From positions 1,162,251-1,226,250 of the forward strand of contig OZ287697.1 in the NCBI GenBank assembly GCA_965649825.1: a DNA stretch of 64,000 nucleotides. The letters are read 5' to 3'. Below the pieces are notes generated by a model that was not told the origin of the DNA, made no database searches, and was given only the letters and a program-made list of their open reading frames with translations. A program made the position numbers and the translations under genes. Every line of letters begins with the position of its first letter. The first letter of the stretch is position 1. The stretch is from Penicillus capitatus. Its lineage: Eukaryota > Plantae > Chlorophyta. This document shows positions 37,501 through 49,170 of the stretch, piece by piece.

Positions 37501-40500
37501 GCCCCTGCTCATCTGACTCTCTTCCACCACGACAGCACTGTTCGAGATCGCCGAGAGAAAACCTCCCGCCTTCTTTGCCTCTCCATCTCTGAAGACCGAA
37601 CGCTTGATGCTCAGTCGCGAGGCTTCGACCAAAACGGCGCCTCCCTGTTCTGGGCAGCTGTTGCGTTCGAAGATCGCGTTGTCGAGCTCCACTTCGGAAG
37701 AGGATCTCACACACATGGCCCCACCGCCATCACCACCCAGGGCAGCGTTGTTGGTGAACACGGCGTTCTCGATCACGAATGTGGATCCCCACAGGAGAAT
37801 CCCTCCTCCCTCATCGGCGATGTTGTCACGGATGGTCAAGCCGATCCCAGTCAACTCCCCCTTGTCAGCGAAAATCGCTCCGCCGTCGAATTTGGCACTG
37901 TTCTGATGGAAGCTGGAATGGTAAATGTCCGCCTTGACTTCAGACAGCCGCATGGCACCGCCGTCTTCTGTCGAAGTGCAGTGATGCATCTCTGAGTGAC
38001 GCACGGACAGGTGTCCGCTAACCGCTCGCAGACAGGCACCATTCCTCCCTGTGCCGTTCTTCAGCGTTGAACTGTCGATAGTTACGTTGGCATTCCTCTT
38101 GATGAAGAGAAATCCGCCGTCCCCTGCACTGCTGTTCTGGAAGGTGCAGTTGTCGAGATGCGTTTCAGACGCCGTAACGTAGAAGGCGCCTCCTTCTGTC
38201 GCCGCAGAGCTGTTGATGAAGGTCACGTTCGAAAAGCGCGCATTCGATTTCAGCTCCAGCGACACCGCCCCGCCTCTGTCTGCTCTGTTGTTGTGGAAAA
38301 CGGAATTGGCGAGGGCGAACTGAGTCTCGAGTCGGATGCGCAGGGCGCCTGCGTGATCATCCGCCAAATTGCTGTCCACGGTCCAACCATCGCCTGTCAC
38401 AGTCGAGAACTCGGCGTAGAGACACCCACCGTCATCGCCGGCTTGGTTCGACACCATGGTGGTGTTGGTGATCTCGGCAGATGCGTTGGAGAGACGTAGC
38501 ATGCCGCCATCGACCACGGAGCTGCACCCCTCAAGCGTCACGTTGTGCAGGATGAAGTGCGAGAGGTGTGCATGGAGACACCCGCCGTCTTTGGCTAATG
38601 CGGATTCGAATGTCGTGTGTCTGATGGAAACGGTCGCTTCGTCTCTTACGGCGATGAATCCTCCGTGCTCTTCGGCTCGGCCATGATCGAAGGCGCAGCC
38701 ATAGAAATCAATCGACGATCGATACGAGTACAGCGATCCAGCGCTCTCCGACGCCAAGTTGTTGCTGAAGACGGTTCGGGTGAAACGACCGCGAGAGATG
38801 GCCTTGGCGCAAACGGCCCCTCCGGCGCCGCCAGCTGTGTTGTTCTGGAACGCAGCGTCCTTGACAGTGAGGATCCCGCCATCTTGAACGGACATACCGC
38901 CACCGGCTCCTTCAGCTCTGTTGCCGATCAGCGTCATCATCGCCTCTTCGATGTTCGAACCGACGGCGAAGATGCCGCCGCCGTCTTGGTGCGCTTCGCT
39001 CGATGAGATCTCGAGATCTCTGAACGTGGCGTTGGTGAACTGCAGAGCCATCGCCCCGCCTTCTCCCGACGTTGAGCAGCTGTCCATGGTCGAATTCTTC
39101 ACGATGAGCTTTACGCCTTCCGACCACAGACAGCCGCCACCTTTTCTGCTGGAACTGTCCGTCAGCTGCGATCGGTGGATATCAATCGAAGAGTTGCTGC
39201 TCGCGTACAGCAGTCCTCCGCGATCGGCCTCGCCGTCAGAGAAGGAACACCCTTTGAGAGTTACGTTGGATGTCAGGAGATACAGCGATCCGCCGTCCCT
39301 TTCAGCCCGGTTGCCGGTAAAGCGCACGTCGCGGAACACGCCGGATGCGTTTGCCAAGAAGCTGGCAGCGCCGCCGTGCAAATGGGCCAAGTTCATCCGC
39401 AGAGCACTCCCTCTGAAGCGACAGGTCGACCAGCTAGCCACGTACACCGCTCCTCCCTGGCCTTCTGTTGCGGAATTGGACTCGAGCGTGCAGTCGTCCA
39501 CCACAGCCACCGTGTTCTCCACCAGATACAAGGCTCCGCCTCTCTTGCCTCGGTTTCCCTTCAGAATCGACCGGCGCAGCTCGACGGAGGACCGCTCTGC
39601 GAAGACGGCGGCTCCGTCCTCCGCTTCGTTGTCGCGGAATGTGCAGTTCCGGATGCTGACGGATGCTTCCCTGAGGTGGACGCACACGCTGCGCGAGATG
39701 TTCTTCGTCGACTGCGTAAGAACGTTGTTCCGCAGCTCCGAATCTTCTAGCGTCAGAGAGCCGTTGTCGATGCGAAAGATCTTCACCTCGTTCTCCGTTG
39801 CCGAGAGTCGCCGGACGGCGGTCTGTGAACCGGAAGGGGCGTGGAACACGGACGGTGCTTCGCGGGATCTCTTTGGTGGCGCGACCTTGTGGACTCGGAC
39901 ATCACGCAGCCGGTTGTTACGGGTGGACAGGGCGACGCCACACGGACCGTCGCAGTCCGTTCTCGCGAAGCCGAAGTCGACCAGCTCCAAATCCGTACAC
40001 GACGAAGACTGCATCTTGAGAGCGTAATGCTTGAGGAGGGTGTTCCTTCGGAAGTCAACGTGGTGCAGACGCAGAACGCCGTCCAAGTCCGCCGAGATGC
40101 ATTTCTCGACGCTGACGATGGCGTCCCTGGTACCGTCCGTCTTGTTGAAGACGCAGTCTTCGAACACGAGATTCGCCAGCGTCACATCCCTGGACCTGGA
40201 GTGAAGTCACATCGCTGTATCAGCCGCCTGGCTCACTCTTTGCCAGTAAGACGCACCGGACGAGGAAGACGCCTTGGTTTTCTCCGGGGCACCTAAACGT
40301 CGTCTTGTTCTCTGCTCGAGGAAACACGCCGTCGGAGAGCCCGACGCTCGGCACGCTGGCGGATATGGTCAGGGGCCACGGAAGAGTGACGCGTGATGTT
40401 GGCCGAATGGCTTTCGTCGTCGTGAAGAGCACGATGTCTTCAGCTTGAGTGCAGTCGATGATGGCTTGAATGTCGTCGTCGATGTCGTCCAAGTCAGCAG

Positions 40501-41029
40501 CGTCGAGCGACCACGTGCGCGTCGCCAGGTCGAGATAGCGATAGCGTTTTGCCAGGGTCAGTCGACAGACATGCCCTGCCAGAACAACAACCCTTAGCTC
40601 GTCGTCCGACGCGGTGGACACGTCATCGATGTCACCTGTCGTGTCTTCGGGAATTTGATCCGCTTGGAGCAGAGCACGTGCCTCGTTGCTTTTCTAGACA
40701 GCAGCGCGCTTTTCAGACGCGCTTCGGGTAAAACGTGGCTTCATGCTCACGGTGTTCAGACGTCTTGCCCACAGAGCACGCCTCGATGCTTCGTCGTCTG
40801 AGGATTTCTCCGCCTCTGTTCGGGCGTTGAGCGAATGGACCGACAGGGCGGAGGTAGACGACGACGAAGAGAGAAATTTGTCACTTGAGTGCACCGAAGC
40901 CGCTGGTCTGCGCCGTGGGTCTGTTGACTGGACATCCGGCGAGGCGCCTGCGAAGATGACGACGATGCTGAAGCTCAGCAGCAGCACCGTCCTGTGCTTC
41001 GTCCAGAGAGCAAAGGGGTCGGCAGTCAT
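34562..41029 (-). CDS. Copy C: beta-helix / Cys-rich / multi-pass membrane receptor-like protein, subfamily 1 (longest ectodomain)
   Basis: Eight exons in frame. ATG at 41029 (MTADPFALWTKHRTVLLLSFSIVVIFAGA); exon 3 is about 2.9 kb of GGA/FxxN repeats; intron 4 donor is GCAAGT at 36280. The TM exons (ITLNYVQVTILIASVDVGW, LAAEGIRRSVVCL) group with copy A. Confidence 0.87.
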
Positions 41030-41572
41030 GGTCGTCTCTTGAAAACCTTGCACTGTGGTGATGATGAAGTAACTGCCTCGAATTCGTTCGTCGCGATACT
41101 TCCTAAAAAACAATCAACCCGCGTTACAGACCACATGTTCGAAATGCATCGCTCTTAAATGACATTGTTACCCAGTTTCCTTCCTGCTGCTCACGATTCG
41201 TAGACAGACATCAGCAGCATCGTCAACGGCACTGTTGGCGTGTCAGACACAGCCTCGCAATCCACCCATGTCGATAGATTCCTCACAGCTTCCATCTATG
41301 CATTCGCAGAAGGACGAGGAACAGGTGACGAAGATGTGGGACGCAGTGCCGGATCACGGAAAGGAAAACCAGCACACTATGTGATCCTCGCATCTTGTAT
41401 TGACGACTGTCTTCGCATCTTCGTGTTGGCACCCAAAGCGTCGCCTTTCCAGTACATAGTGTGCCCTTCTGCAAAAGATGCACTGTCCATTCATGCCTGG
41501 TGACCATCTGGAGAATTCAGAAAAGTGAAGATGTGCATTGCCAGACGGCAACGTAAAGAAGAAACGCGTTCC

Positions 41573-42750
41573 TTAGTCGCCAAGAGTGATCCCTTCGCCT
41601 GCCGATAACGGAATTCGTTGCATCATCCGTCTCCTGTGGTGGGTGGTGGCGTTGCAAACGGTTCGAGGGACTAGAGAGAACACAGTGTCGTGTAGATGGC
41701 CTTTCTCACCCTTCTCATACCCACATGAAGGATTTCGCCGTTGCGGATGCGGAAGGAGTAGATTCGTGCAGGGCTCTCTCTGCGACAGACAGCCGAAGCT
41801 TCGAATCCTGTCGACGAACGCGCTTCTACTGTCTGAGAGATTTCGTCGCGACGATGATAGACTTTCGCTTCCAAGCGAACAGAACAGCGACGTCACATCA
41901 GCCTGTCTGGAGTCTGTTCGTTCGTTCGCTTGCACTAGAGGCAACATTGGATTCATTCGGTTACAGCAATCTGTCTGTCCATTATGTTTCAGGAATGTCC
42001 ATTACCCTGTCGAATCGAACCCATCAGGACTGGTGATGGTCTTCGATGAGATTTGACAGGACTCGCGATGGTCTGGCATTTGCAGGCGAAAACAGCTGAC
42101 GGTCGACTCCCATCCACATCTCTACACGTTCGTTCGGCTGCTGATGTCGAGGACGCGGTTTGCCGATGGCCCAGCTCGGCGAAAGGCACTGTTGCGGTGT
42201 CTAGCTAGCTAGCTGTCTGCGACAGATCTTCTGGCAGTCACATCAATACGTCATGATTTTCCCTTGTGTGCCCCATCGTCTCTCCGGCAGACATCCACAT
42301 CTACTACGTCATCGATAACGCTCTTTCTGAAGAGGCAGTCAGGATTCCTGATATGCTTGTTGACGATCCTGCAGTTGGGGCGCCGGCCGCCACTCCAGAG
42401 CTGCCCGCGGATGATCTAATCTCAGGAGGTCGCGGCATGCGATTTAGATGTCAAATCGCGCATTCTGGGCCATCACCGCCGTAAGCACTGAGAGAACATG
42501 TGTGATGAAAAAGATCACACCATGCAACTCGTCTGCCGCGCAGCTGGATGAAAGTAACACAGTCTGTTGACCGATTCCATCGCAGGGAATCGCATTCTGC
42601 CAGCTGCCGCGATGTCATCCAAGTAGACTGGGTTCTTCTTTCGACTGAGTCCTGCAGATCTGCCCAGCGGGCATTTATGTCGCAACCCCAGAAGCAAAAG
42701 CATTCATCGCGAATACCCGATATCATCACTGCTTCCACCAATCGCCGCAT
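41573..42750 (-). pseudogene. Probable decayed multi-exon gene of unknown family
   Basis: TATATATA at about 42805 and several 40-60-nt GT...AG segments (e.g. gtatgagaagg...ctctctag at about 41720-41670) separate protein-like pieces (DELHGVIFFITHVLSVLTA; IIRGQLWSGGRRPNCRIVNKHIRNPDCLFRKSVIDDVVDVDVCRRDDG). In-frame stops remain in every splicing I tried. Confidence 0.3.
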
Positions 42751-43298
42751 AGCAGGCAGGCCTTGCAGTCACCTGTGGTCAAATCTACGTCTGTGCTGCG
42801 GGGGATATATATAGACTGTCTAGAATCTCCATTCCGAGATTGAAATTTCCACCAGAACAGTCCATCCAGCGTCTAGATGCTTTGTCTGGCTTCCTCTATC
42901 CACACAGCACGCGTTTCAGACCGTGCTGTCTGTGGGGACCTGTCCGTCGAGCGCTGCTGCGACTCCATTCCATGCGTCGCGCCTTCCAAAGCCAGTCGTG
43001 TCCTCAAATATCTGACGCGACGTGATGCTGCGAGCGCTGACACACGCATGGATCATTCAGTGGCCAGGGAACGAGCGTGGCGACGATCCCATTCTGACCC
43101 GATTCTCTCGAAGGGTCCAGACAGGACACATTCAACGCTGACGTTGGACAGTCGTGTGGCGGAACGGAAACGGCCCCTCGACGAAGGGGTACAAATTTCG
43201 GCAGGCATTCCATGCTGTGAACATTCTTTCTCTCCGCCCTTCTTCGTCGTCGCCTTCGTTGCACAGAGAACTGCTGCTTTCGGTCAGCAAGTGACATC

Positions 43299-44311
43299 AT
43301 GCTCGCGAGAACAGTTGCCGCTTTGGCTGTGCTCGTCTGGTGCGCCGACTGGGCAAGTCTCCGTCCGCTCTTCGACAGCACGCTTACGGGTTTTGCTGTC
43401 TAGCAGGCAAATGCCGAGCTCCGTGCTACGGGAGTGCTCAACACGGTTTTCCGCAAAAAGGCGTTCGGCAAGAAATACACGACGACGGAGACAGATCCCG
43501 TCCTTAACGCACCAACCTGGAACAGAGAGACAGTAGCCGACGAACAGACAGGCACGTCTCTCCTCAGACCTCCACCTCTCTCCTCAGACCTCCACCTCTC
43601 TCCTCAGACCTGAACGACGGTTCAGACCTTTGTACAGCGTTCGTCGGCCAGACGGGAATTCATCTCACTGGAGTCGCGATTAACGACAACGATGTCAAAA
43701 ATCCGTTCGACTGCGCATCACTATGCTACAGGGATCCAAGTGATGCTGTCTGCCCATTCTTGGCGCCTTACGCGCCTGCTTGTGTTGAACTAGATTGTAA
43801 GGCATGGCAAATGGAGTACAACAGTGGAAGGTGTGAACACTACGAGACCGTGACGTCTATAAAAGTCTCGTACAATTACATCAATTGGATCAAGGTAGAA
43901 CAACCAGTTTGTTGCGCTCGACCTTATCTCGCTCTTCGCACAGGGCGACAGAACGAAAGCACAGCTGGAGGAGACGGATTACCGACGAGGTACGTATGAC
44001 GTTGGACACGGGTTTCTTGACTGTCCGTTGATCGTGCCTTGTGCAGTCTACGAGATGAACTTGGGCTACAAGTTTACAGGAAAGGTGGACGATGGGCCCT
44101 TCAGAACTGAGGAGCCTATTCAATGCGCCACTCGCTGCGCCTACAACCCGAGTAATACCAGCCTCTTTGTGTGATCTTTGCTGATGCTTGTTCTCCCACA
44201 GGGTGCTATGCGTATCAGCTGGAATACAGTACGAACCGCTGCGAAGTCTTCTACTACTATCCGGAGTCCGTACCGTCGAAAGATTACCTCTACGCTATTT
44301 ACCAGCGTTAG
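43299..44311 (+). CDS. Secreted protein with two tandem PAN/Apple-like domains
   Basis: Seven exons; introns 43353-43403 (GC-AG), 43552-43607 (GC-AG), 43740-43793, 43895-43943, 43990-44046, 44152-44201. Signal peptide MLARTVAALAVLVWCADWQANA. Domain 1: ...DCASLCYRDPNCKAWQMEYNSGRCEHY. Domain 2: ...QCATRCAYNPRCYAYQLEYSTNRCEVF. Both have the C-x3-C-x4-C-x2-aromatic...C pattern of PAN/Apple modules. Confidence 0.8.
43557..43611 (+). repeat. 20-bp tandem repeat (tcctcagacctccacctctc) x about 2.7
   Basis: Directly visible; it fills the predicted second intron of the PAN gene. Confidence 0.95.
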
Positions 44312-46137
44312 GGCGCGCGTTCGAAGCATCGAACATCACTCATTGTTTCGGTCGTACGCAGTTCCAAAAGATTTTGCATGACGCTTTTGGAGAGAAAGAC
44401 AAACGGTGTTGTCAGATTTATGTAATCCAAATGTGCCAAACACGTTTTTATTTGATATACGTTCAGCTGCGACTGATCGACGCGATCGATCGTCGTCGGA
44501 CGATGCATTCTGTCGTTCGGATCAGCGACATCGATCGAAATCCTTATAACGAAAAGCGTGATCGTGATTAGTCCAGGTCATTCGATCACCCGTATCTATC
44601 CACTCTCAAGAGCCTTCCTCGATAGAACATGTCGACGTGCCGATTTCATCATCGATTGGCAGACGCACTCTCTCGAAGGACTCTGATCAGGACGCGACAT
44701 TGAACGACAGAACTACTCGGTGCGATCTCTAAAGGTCTGATGCGGCATTATTGATACCGTCTCATCCTTGTAGAAGATTCCACGACGAACTGTCCGATGA
44801 CAAACTACCAACGCGTTTCTCGTCATATCGCCTGTGGGCCTTGATCAGTATCGACCTCTGTCCTCTAAACAGCGACTGTCTCGGTCATACGCAGTGCAAC
44901 AGGCCAGGGATGGTCTCTCCGCAACATGCAACCATCTCGACGGTCTATGAGTAGGCGTTCGATAACGCGCTGTGCCACTCGCTTTTCTTCGATTTGTATC
45001 AACTGTCACTTCTACTGTCATTTCGGTCCATCGCTTTGCATCTGTGGATGGATGATCATTCGCGGCTTCGTGATGCGATACCATCAACGCGTTTCTGGCG
45101 ACGCCTTCTTTCGATGGACGTGTGTCATTCTAGCGATGTTTTTTATGTGGTGTCATCGCGAATCTCAGAGTACACGGTGAGTGCATCCGGATTTAAGAGG
45201 AGCTGAGATGTTCATCAAATGCAGCACGGTAAGGTTTCCGACCTCTTCGCCAGATGTCACGCAAAACTCTCTAAACCTAAGTTCGGACAGAAACAATAAA
45301 CTTGATATTCTCTGTCGGGCAACGCGTTCGGCACAGGTGAGGTCCCTTCAGGCACTATTTCGAAATCTGGCAAGTATTGGAACGCCCTGCCCTCACTTTA
45401 ATACCCTCGCAGTGGTCCCGGGCAACACCTCCGAGTACCACCATTCCGCACTTTTCTGAAAGATACCCGATGACACACAATGGCGGCGAAACGCAGCATG
45501 AGGTGTCTTAACAGTACTCTGCCTCCCCTTTCTCCACCGGAATAAGAGCTATCGAATAACGGACAATGCACTTCCGTCCGGATTTGTCATCCTCTTGTAG
45601 ACCAGCGCAGTAAACAGACGACAAGGACGCTGACATACCGCTGTCGTCGCTTTCTTCGTTCAACATCAATGTGCCGTTGACGCCTTCACGCTACCGACAT
45701 GCGTCTATGTGATTGGGCGATGTGCACTCGACTGTCAAGACACTAAAACGATCGCTACTGATAGATATGGAGGGCTGAGGAGAAGGGTTCGAAACCTCTA
45801 AAAGATGGAGAGAAGCTCAAATGCGAACGAGAGAGGTAACGTTGGTCGGAAATGTTGTCGAACGTTATACTGCGTTTTCCTATTCAAATGAAAGAGATTC
45901 GCATCTAGCCATGCCAGCGTCTCTTAAGCCAACGAAGGGTGTTTCCGTTTTGGCTACACCCGTCACTCGTGAGGCTTGCACGAAAAGCTCTTTCTAGGAC
46001 GCTCGTTCTGTCATGCAAGGAATTTTGATGATGTGACGGGCTTCAGCAGACGCAGCATCTCGGCCACGCGCTGACGAAGGCAAAGAGCTTAAGAAGAACG
46101 CAGACAAGCAGCGCCTGACAACGTCATCGTGGAAGAC

Positions 46138-46640
46138 AGAAGGTGGGATGGATTCGGTGGTCAGTAGAGATGAGAGTGTACATGCGGAACGCCGAGTTCG
46201 ATGGCAAGGTCGTACACAAAGGTGTATCGTTCACTGTCGACTGCTTTTGTCAATCGATGTCGAAAGAGTTAGGCTGAAAGAATCGAAAAGGATGAATCTT
46301 CACGCGGGATCGAAGGACGATTCCTCTACGACCTCCATCATGGCCAGATGGAAACGTTAATGATACCGTAAGGAAAACACGCAAAGGAAAGGAAGCGGGT
46401 AGCGGGCGACGAGAGGTGGAGTCTCGACATCGCTGCACTCACAGAAATTAGCTCTTCTTAAATCCTGACAGATGGGACAGATACGTTTAGGAAAGACATT
46501 CATGTTCAAGTCACAGAGTAAGGAAACAACAGATGTTGGCCGAAATGACAGATCACAGTCGTCCGATTGTTAAGCAGATGTCGGCAGTGTCCCATAGAGA
46601 AGTTTATGAATACAATTCCCTACACGCTCAAACAGGCAAA
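46138..46640 (-). pseudogene. Orphan 3' end (last codons + downstream flank) of a copy-E-like gene
   Basis: Roughly 500-bp direct repeat of 61357-61856. It includes the terminal codons (E: LFGRARNAIHKLFCGVRLTSA*; here LFERVGNCIHKLLYGTLPTSA*) and no upstream gene body. Confidence 0.75.
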
Positions 46641-47374
46641 CCTCGTCTGTCCAATAAGATCATACATCGATAGGAAATGACAGACAGCTTTACTCCATCT
46701 GCGCCAAACTCCTTGTTGTCTTCAGCAAAAACTAAAGTGTTCAATCAGAAGCAGCCCCATTCTTTTCTTTGCTGTCCACGGTGAAACGAAAAGAGACATG
46801 TTGTCGGCCAGAAATGCTCACAGCCAGACGAAAAACCTGACGGGTTAAAGGATCTACTGCCGACTACACGAAAGGAGCCCTTTCAAAACTCCAATTGATC
46901 AAAAGAGCAGCTCATCGACTTCTGCAGCTGAGCAGATCGACAAGCTCTCGGGAAATAGCAGTTTGAGCACGAGATGGGACATCTTCATCTTCTTCTTGCT
47001 ACACGCATCTCCAAAGAAGATGGAACAAGGAAGAAGCGCGAATCAGCGTCCAAAGCAACGAAAGCGTTCGTTCAGCCCGATACATCCATTCTTGGCACCG
47101 AAACGACGGCTATCGGCTTTCACAACAAGTTTGAACAATGCGGGTTCATTCGTTAGCAGACCATCACCATATCCCACTGTCGATTTGAACAGACATACCT
47201 CTGTCGAACAGAATCAGAGTACATGCCTTCGCGAAGAACAAGCAACTGTCAACAGACAGCAACCACATCCGGGGTACTCTTAGGAAAAACAGGATAGAGG
47301 GCAGACTTGCAATAGGCGAGATCGGAAAACTCCCTCCCTCTCGAGATATCGTTCATCTAATGGAATTGCTCAAG

Positions 47375-48480
47375 GCCGAATCGACGGACGTTCGGTGCCT
47401 TCTCGTTGGGAAGGCCCCTCGTTTGACCTTCGACGTTGGCGACCAGGTTCGGGGAAATGGCTACTGGAGCAGATGGTCGAATGCACCTTCTGCCTACTGA
47501 GTCCCCGACAAGACAAGCAGCTTTCCTCTTTACTCCTCACACCAAAGTTCGATCTCGAGATGTGACTGATTCGTTGAGAATGGAATTGATCTCAATCGCA
47601 TGGCTCACGGTCATGCCGTCTAACGCTCGAGACGGGACATACCTAGCGAAGAGAGCGTTCCTCAGCGTCGTCGTTCTTCATCTGGGCTCCATCCCCATGA
47701 CGAGCACCTTCATTAGCGTCCTCGACTGCATTAAGGTCAATGAACGGACGGTGACATGGAAACGGCCACAACAGAATACTGGATAGCGGACACCAGCATT
47801 CGATGCCACGAGGGATCAAACGCGATGCTGGAACGCGCCATAGGCTGGCCCAGTCTGATCTTGCTCTCTCTGGGATTCCGCCGCCTCACCGCATGCGTCC
47901 TCTCTCTGAGCAAACGGACGCACAGGAGCGAGGGATGGACTCAAGATCTCTTCGGTTTCATGTATCAATCCTACAAGGACAGTCACTGCTACTGGGAATG
48001 TGTCGTCATCGGACGGAAGGCTGTCATTGCTGGTGTTGTCGTTATTTCCTATCCGATCGGTGCCAGTCTCCAAGTCATGTTCGCCGCCTTCGTCTTCACC
48101 GTCGCCCTCTACCTGCAAACGGCCTGTCGAGCATTCAGAGAGGATCTCGATCTGCTGAACAACTTGGAAAGCTGCTCCCTTCTGGTATTTTCTCAGACGT
48201 TTATATCCAGTCTGCTGTTCTTTTTTCCTTTTGGTATTTCTTTTGAGATCCACGGCAGACAATCTCGAAGATGTTCTTACGAATCAGAATGTTAAATTTG
48301 ATGCCGTCGCAAGTGGATTTCGTTTGTTGGCAATCTATCTTGCGGATCTGCTTGGATCTGTATGAAATGCGATTCGCGCATGCGTCATCCGTTTTGCTGC
48401 ACTCTATCACAAATCCGAAGCCGAAACTGTGGTACACCTTGAGGTATTGTGGTTTTGCATTCTTCCACAGTGCATATTTG
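47375..48480 (+). pseudogene. Pseudogene fragment of the receptor-like family (end of exon 2/intron 2 fused to the TM exon)
   Basis: YWIADTSIRCHEGSNAM...GFMYQSYKDSHCYWECVVIGRKAV...CRAFREDLDLLNNLE with frameshifts before and after; inverted paralogue of 29880-30640 and 31420-31530. Confidence 0.8.
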
Positions 48481-48998
48481 AATCCTTTTACTAAATCAGA
48501 CAGTTCTCAGGGATCACACATACAGTTTATGCCATCGGTGGCATCATCGTTTCTGTCCATGATGTGACGGATTCTGGAATCAGTCGTGTACAGAGGAATG
48601 TAAGGATTCACCGATTCTTAGCAAACTGTCATCTGCAAGACAACAGGCGATACAGTTCGTTGCGAACACTTCCATGCTAGAAGGCACCAATGGAAAATCC
48701 GTCTGCAATGATGAATTTAAGCGCCAAAAGCGATTCTGCGTCGTTTGGTTGTCACGGTAGACGATTTCAGATGTGTTCGGAGTGTTGTTGCCGCTCAACG
48801 CGTGCGCCGAACGAAGCCCATCCTTACTCCTTATACACGGTCATCTGATAATACTTCTTGAGAGTGAAACTCAATCGAATAGGAAAAGCGCGAAGTAGCG
48901 ATTCTTCACACGTAACGCGACAGCTGTGCTCACGGCTACCGGCCACGGACAGGGGAATCGCTACGCTTCCACATTCAGGAGTCGGAGGGAGAACATGG

Positions 48999-49126
48999 GA
49001 CACGTGGCTGGACCGTGGTTTCCGACGAAGGATCACGGTGGCAGCTGGACGACAGCTGCAAGCACGTAACTGACACATCGTCGCGCGAATTTTATACCAC
49101 AGCTGTCCTCTTTACGACTATAAAAG
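48999..49126 (+). promoter_or_regulatory. Proximal promoter of copy D: G-box/ABRE-like GACACGTGGC and TATAAAAG
   Basis: gacacgtggc at 48999-49008 and tataaaag at 49119-49126, about 45 bp before the ATG at 49171; conserved with the copy B promoter. Confidence 0.6.
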
Positions 49127-49170
49127 CCGCACGGTTTTGTTGAAATTGTCTTCAAGCCACCTGACGAAAA

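Noticed and set aside
38921-40027. 368-aa plus-strand ORF and many other 60-250-aa ORFs antisense to or overlapping real exons
   Set aside because: They are shadow ORFs of GC-rich coding sequence with no recognisable motifs, splice structure or compositional support.
43557-43611. CRISPR-like or other repeat-spacer array (also considered for 58197-58485 and 50590-52290)
   Set aside because: The repeats are head-to-tail without unique spacers, or in-frame coding repeats; there are no cas genes and the context is eukaryotic.
45770-45815. tRNA-like GGGTTCGAAACC T-loop motif
   Set aside because: No acceptor stem, D-arm or anticodon arm can be folded around it.
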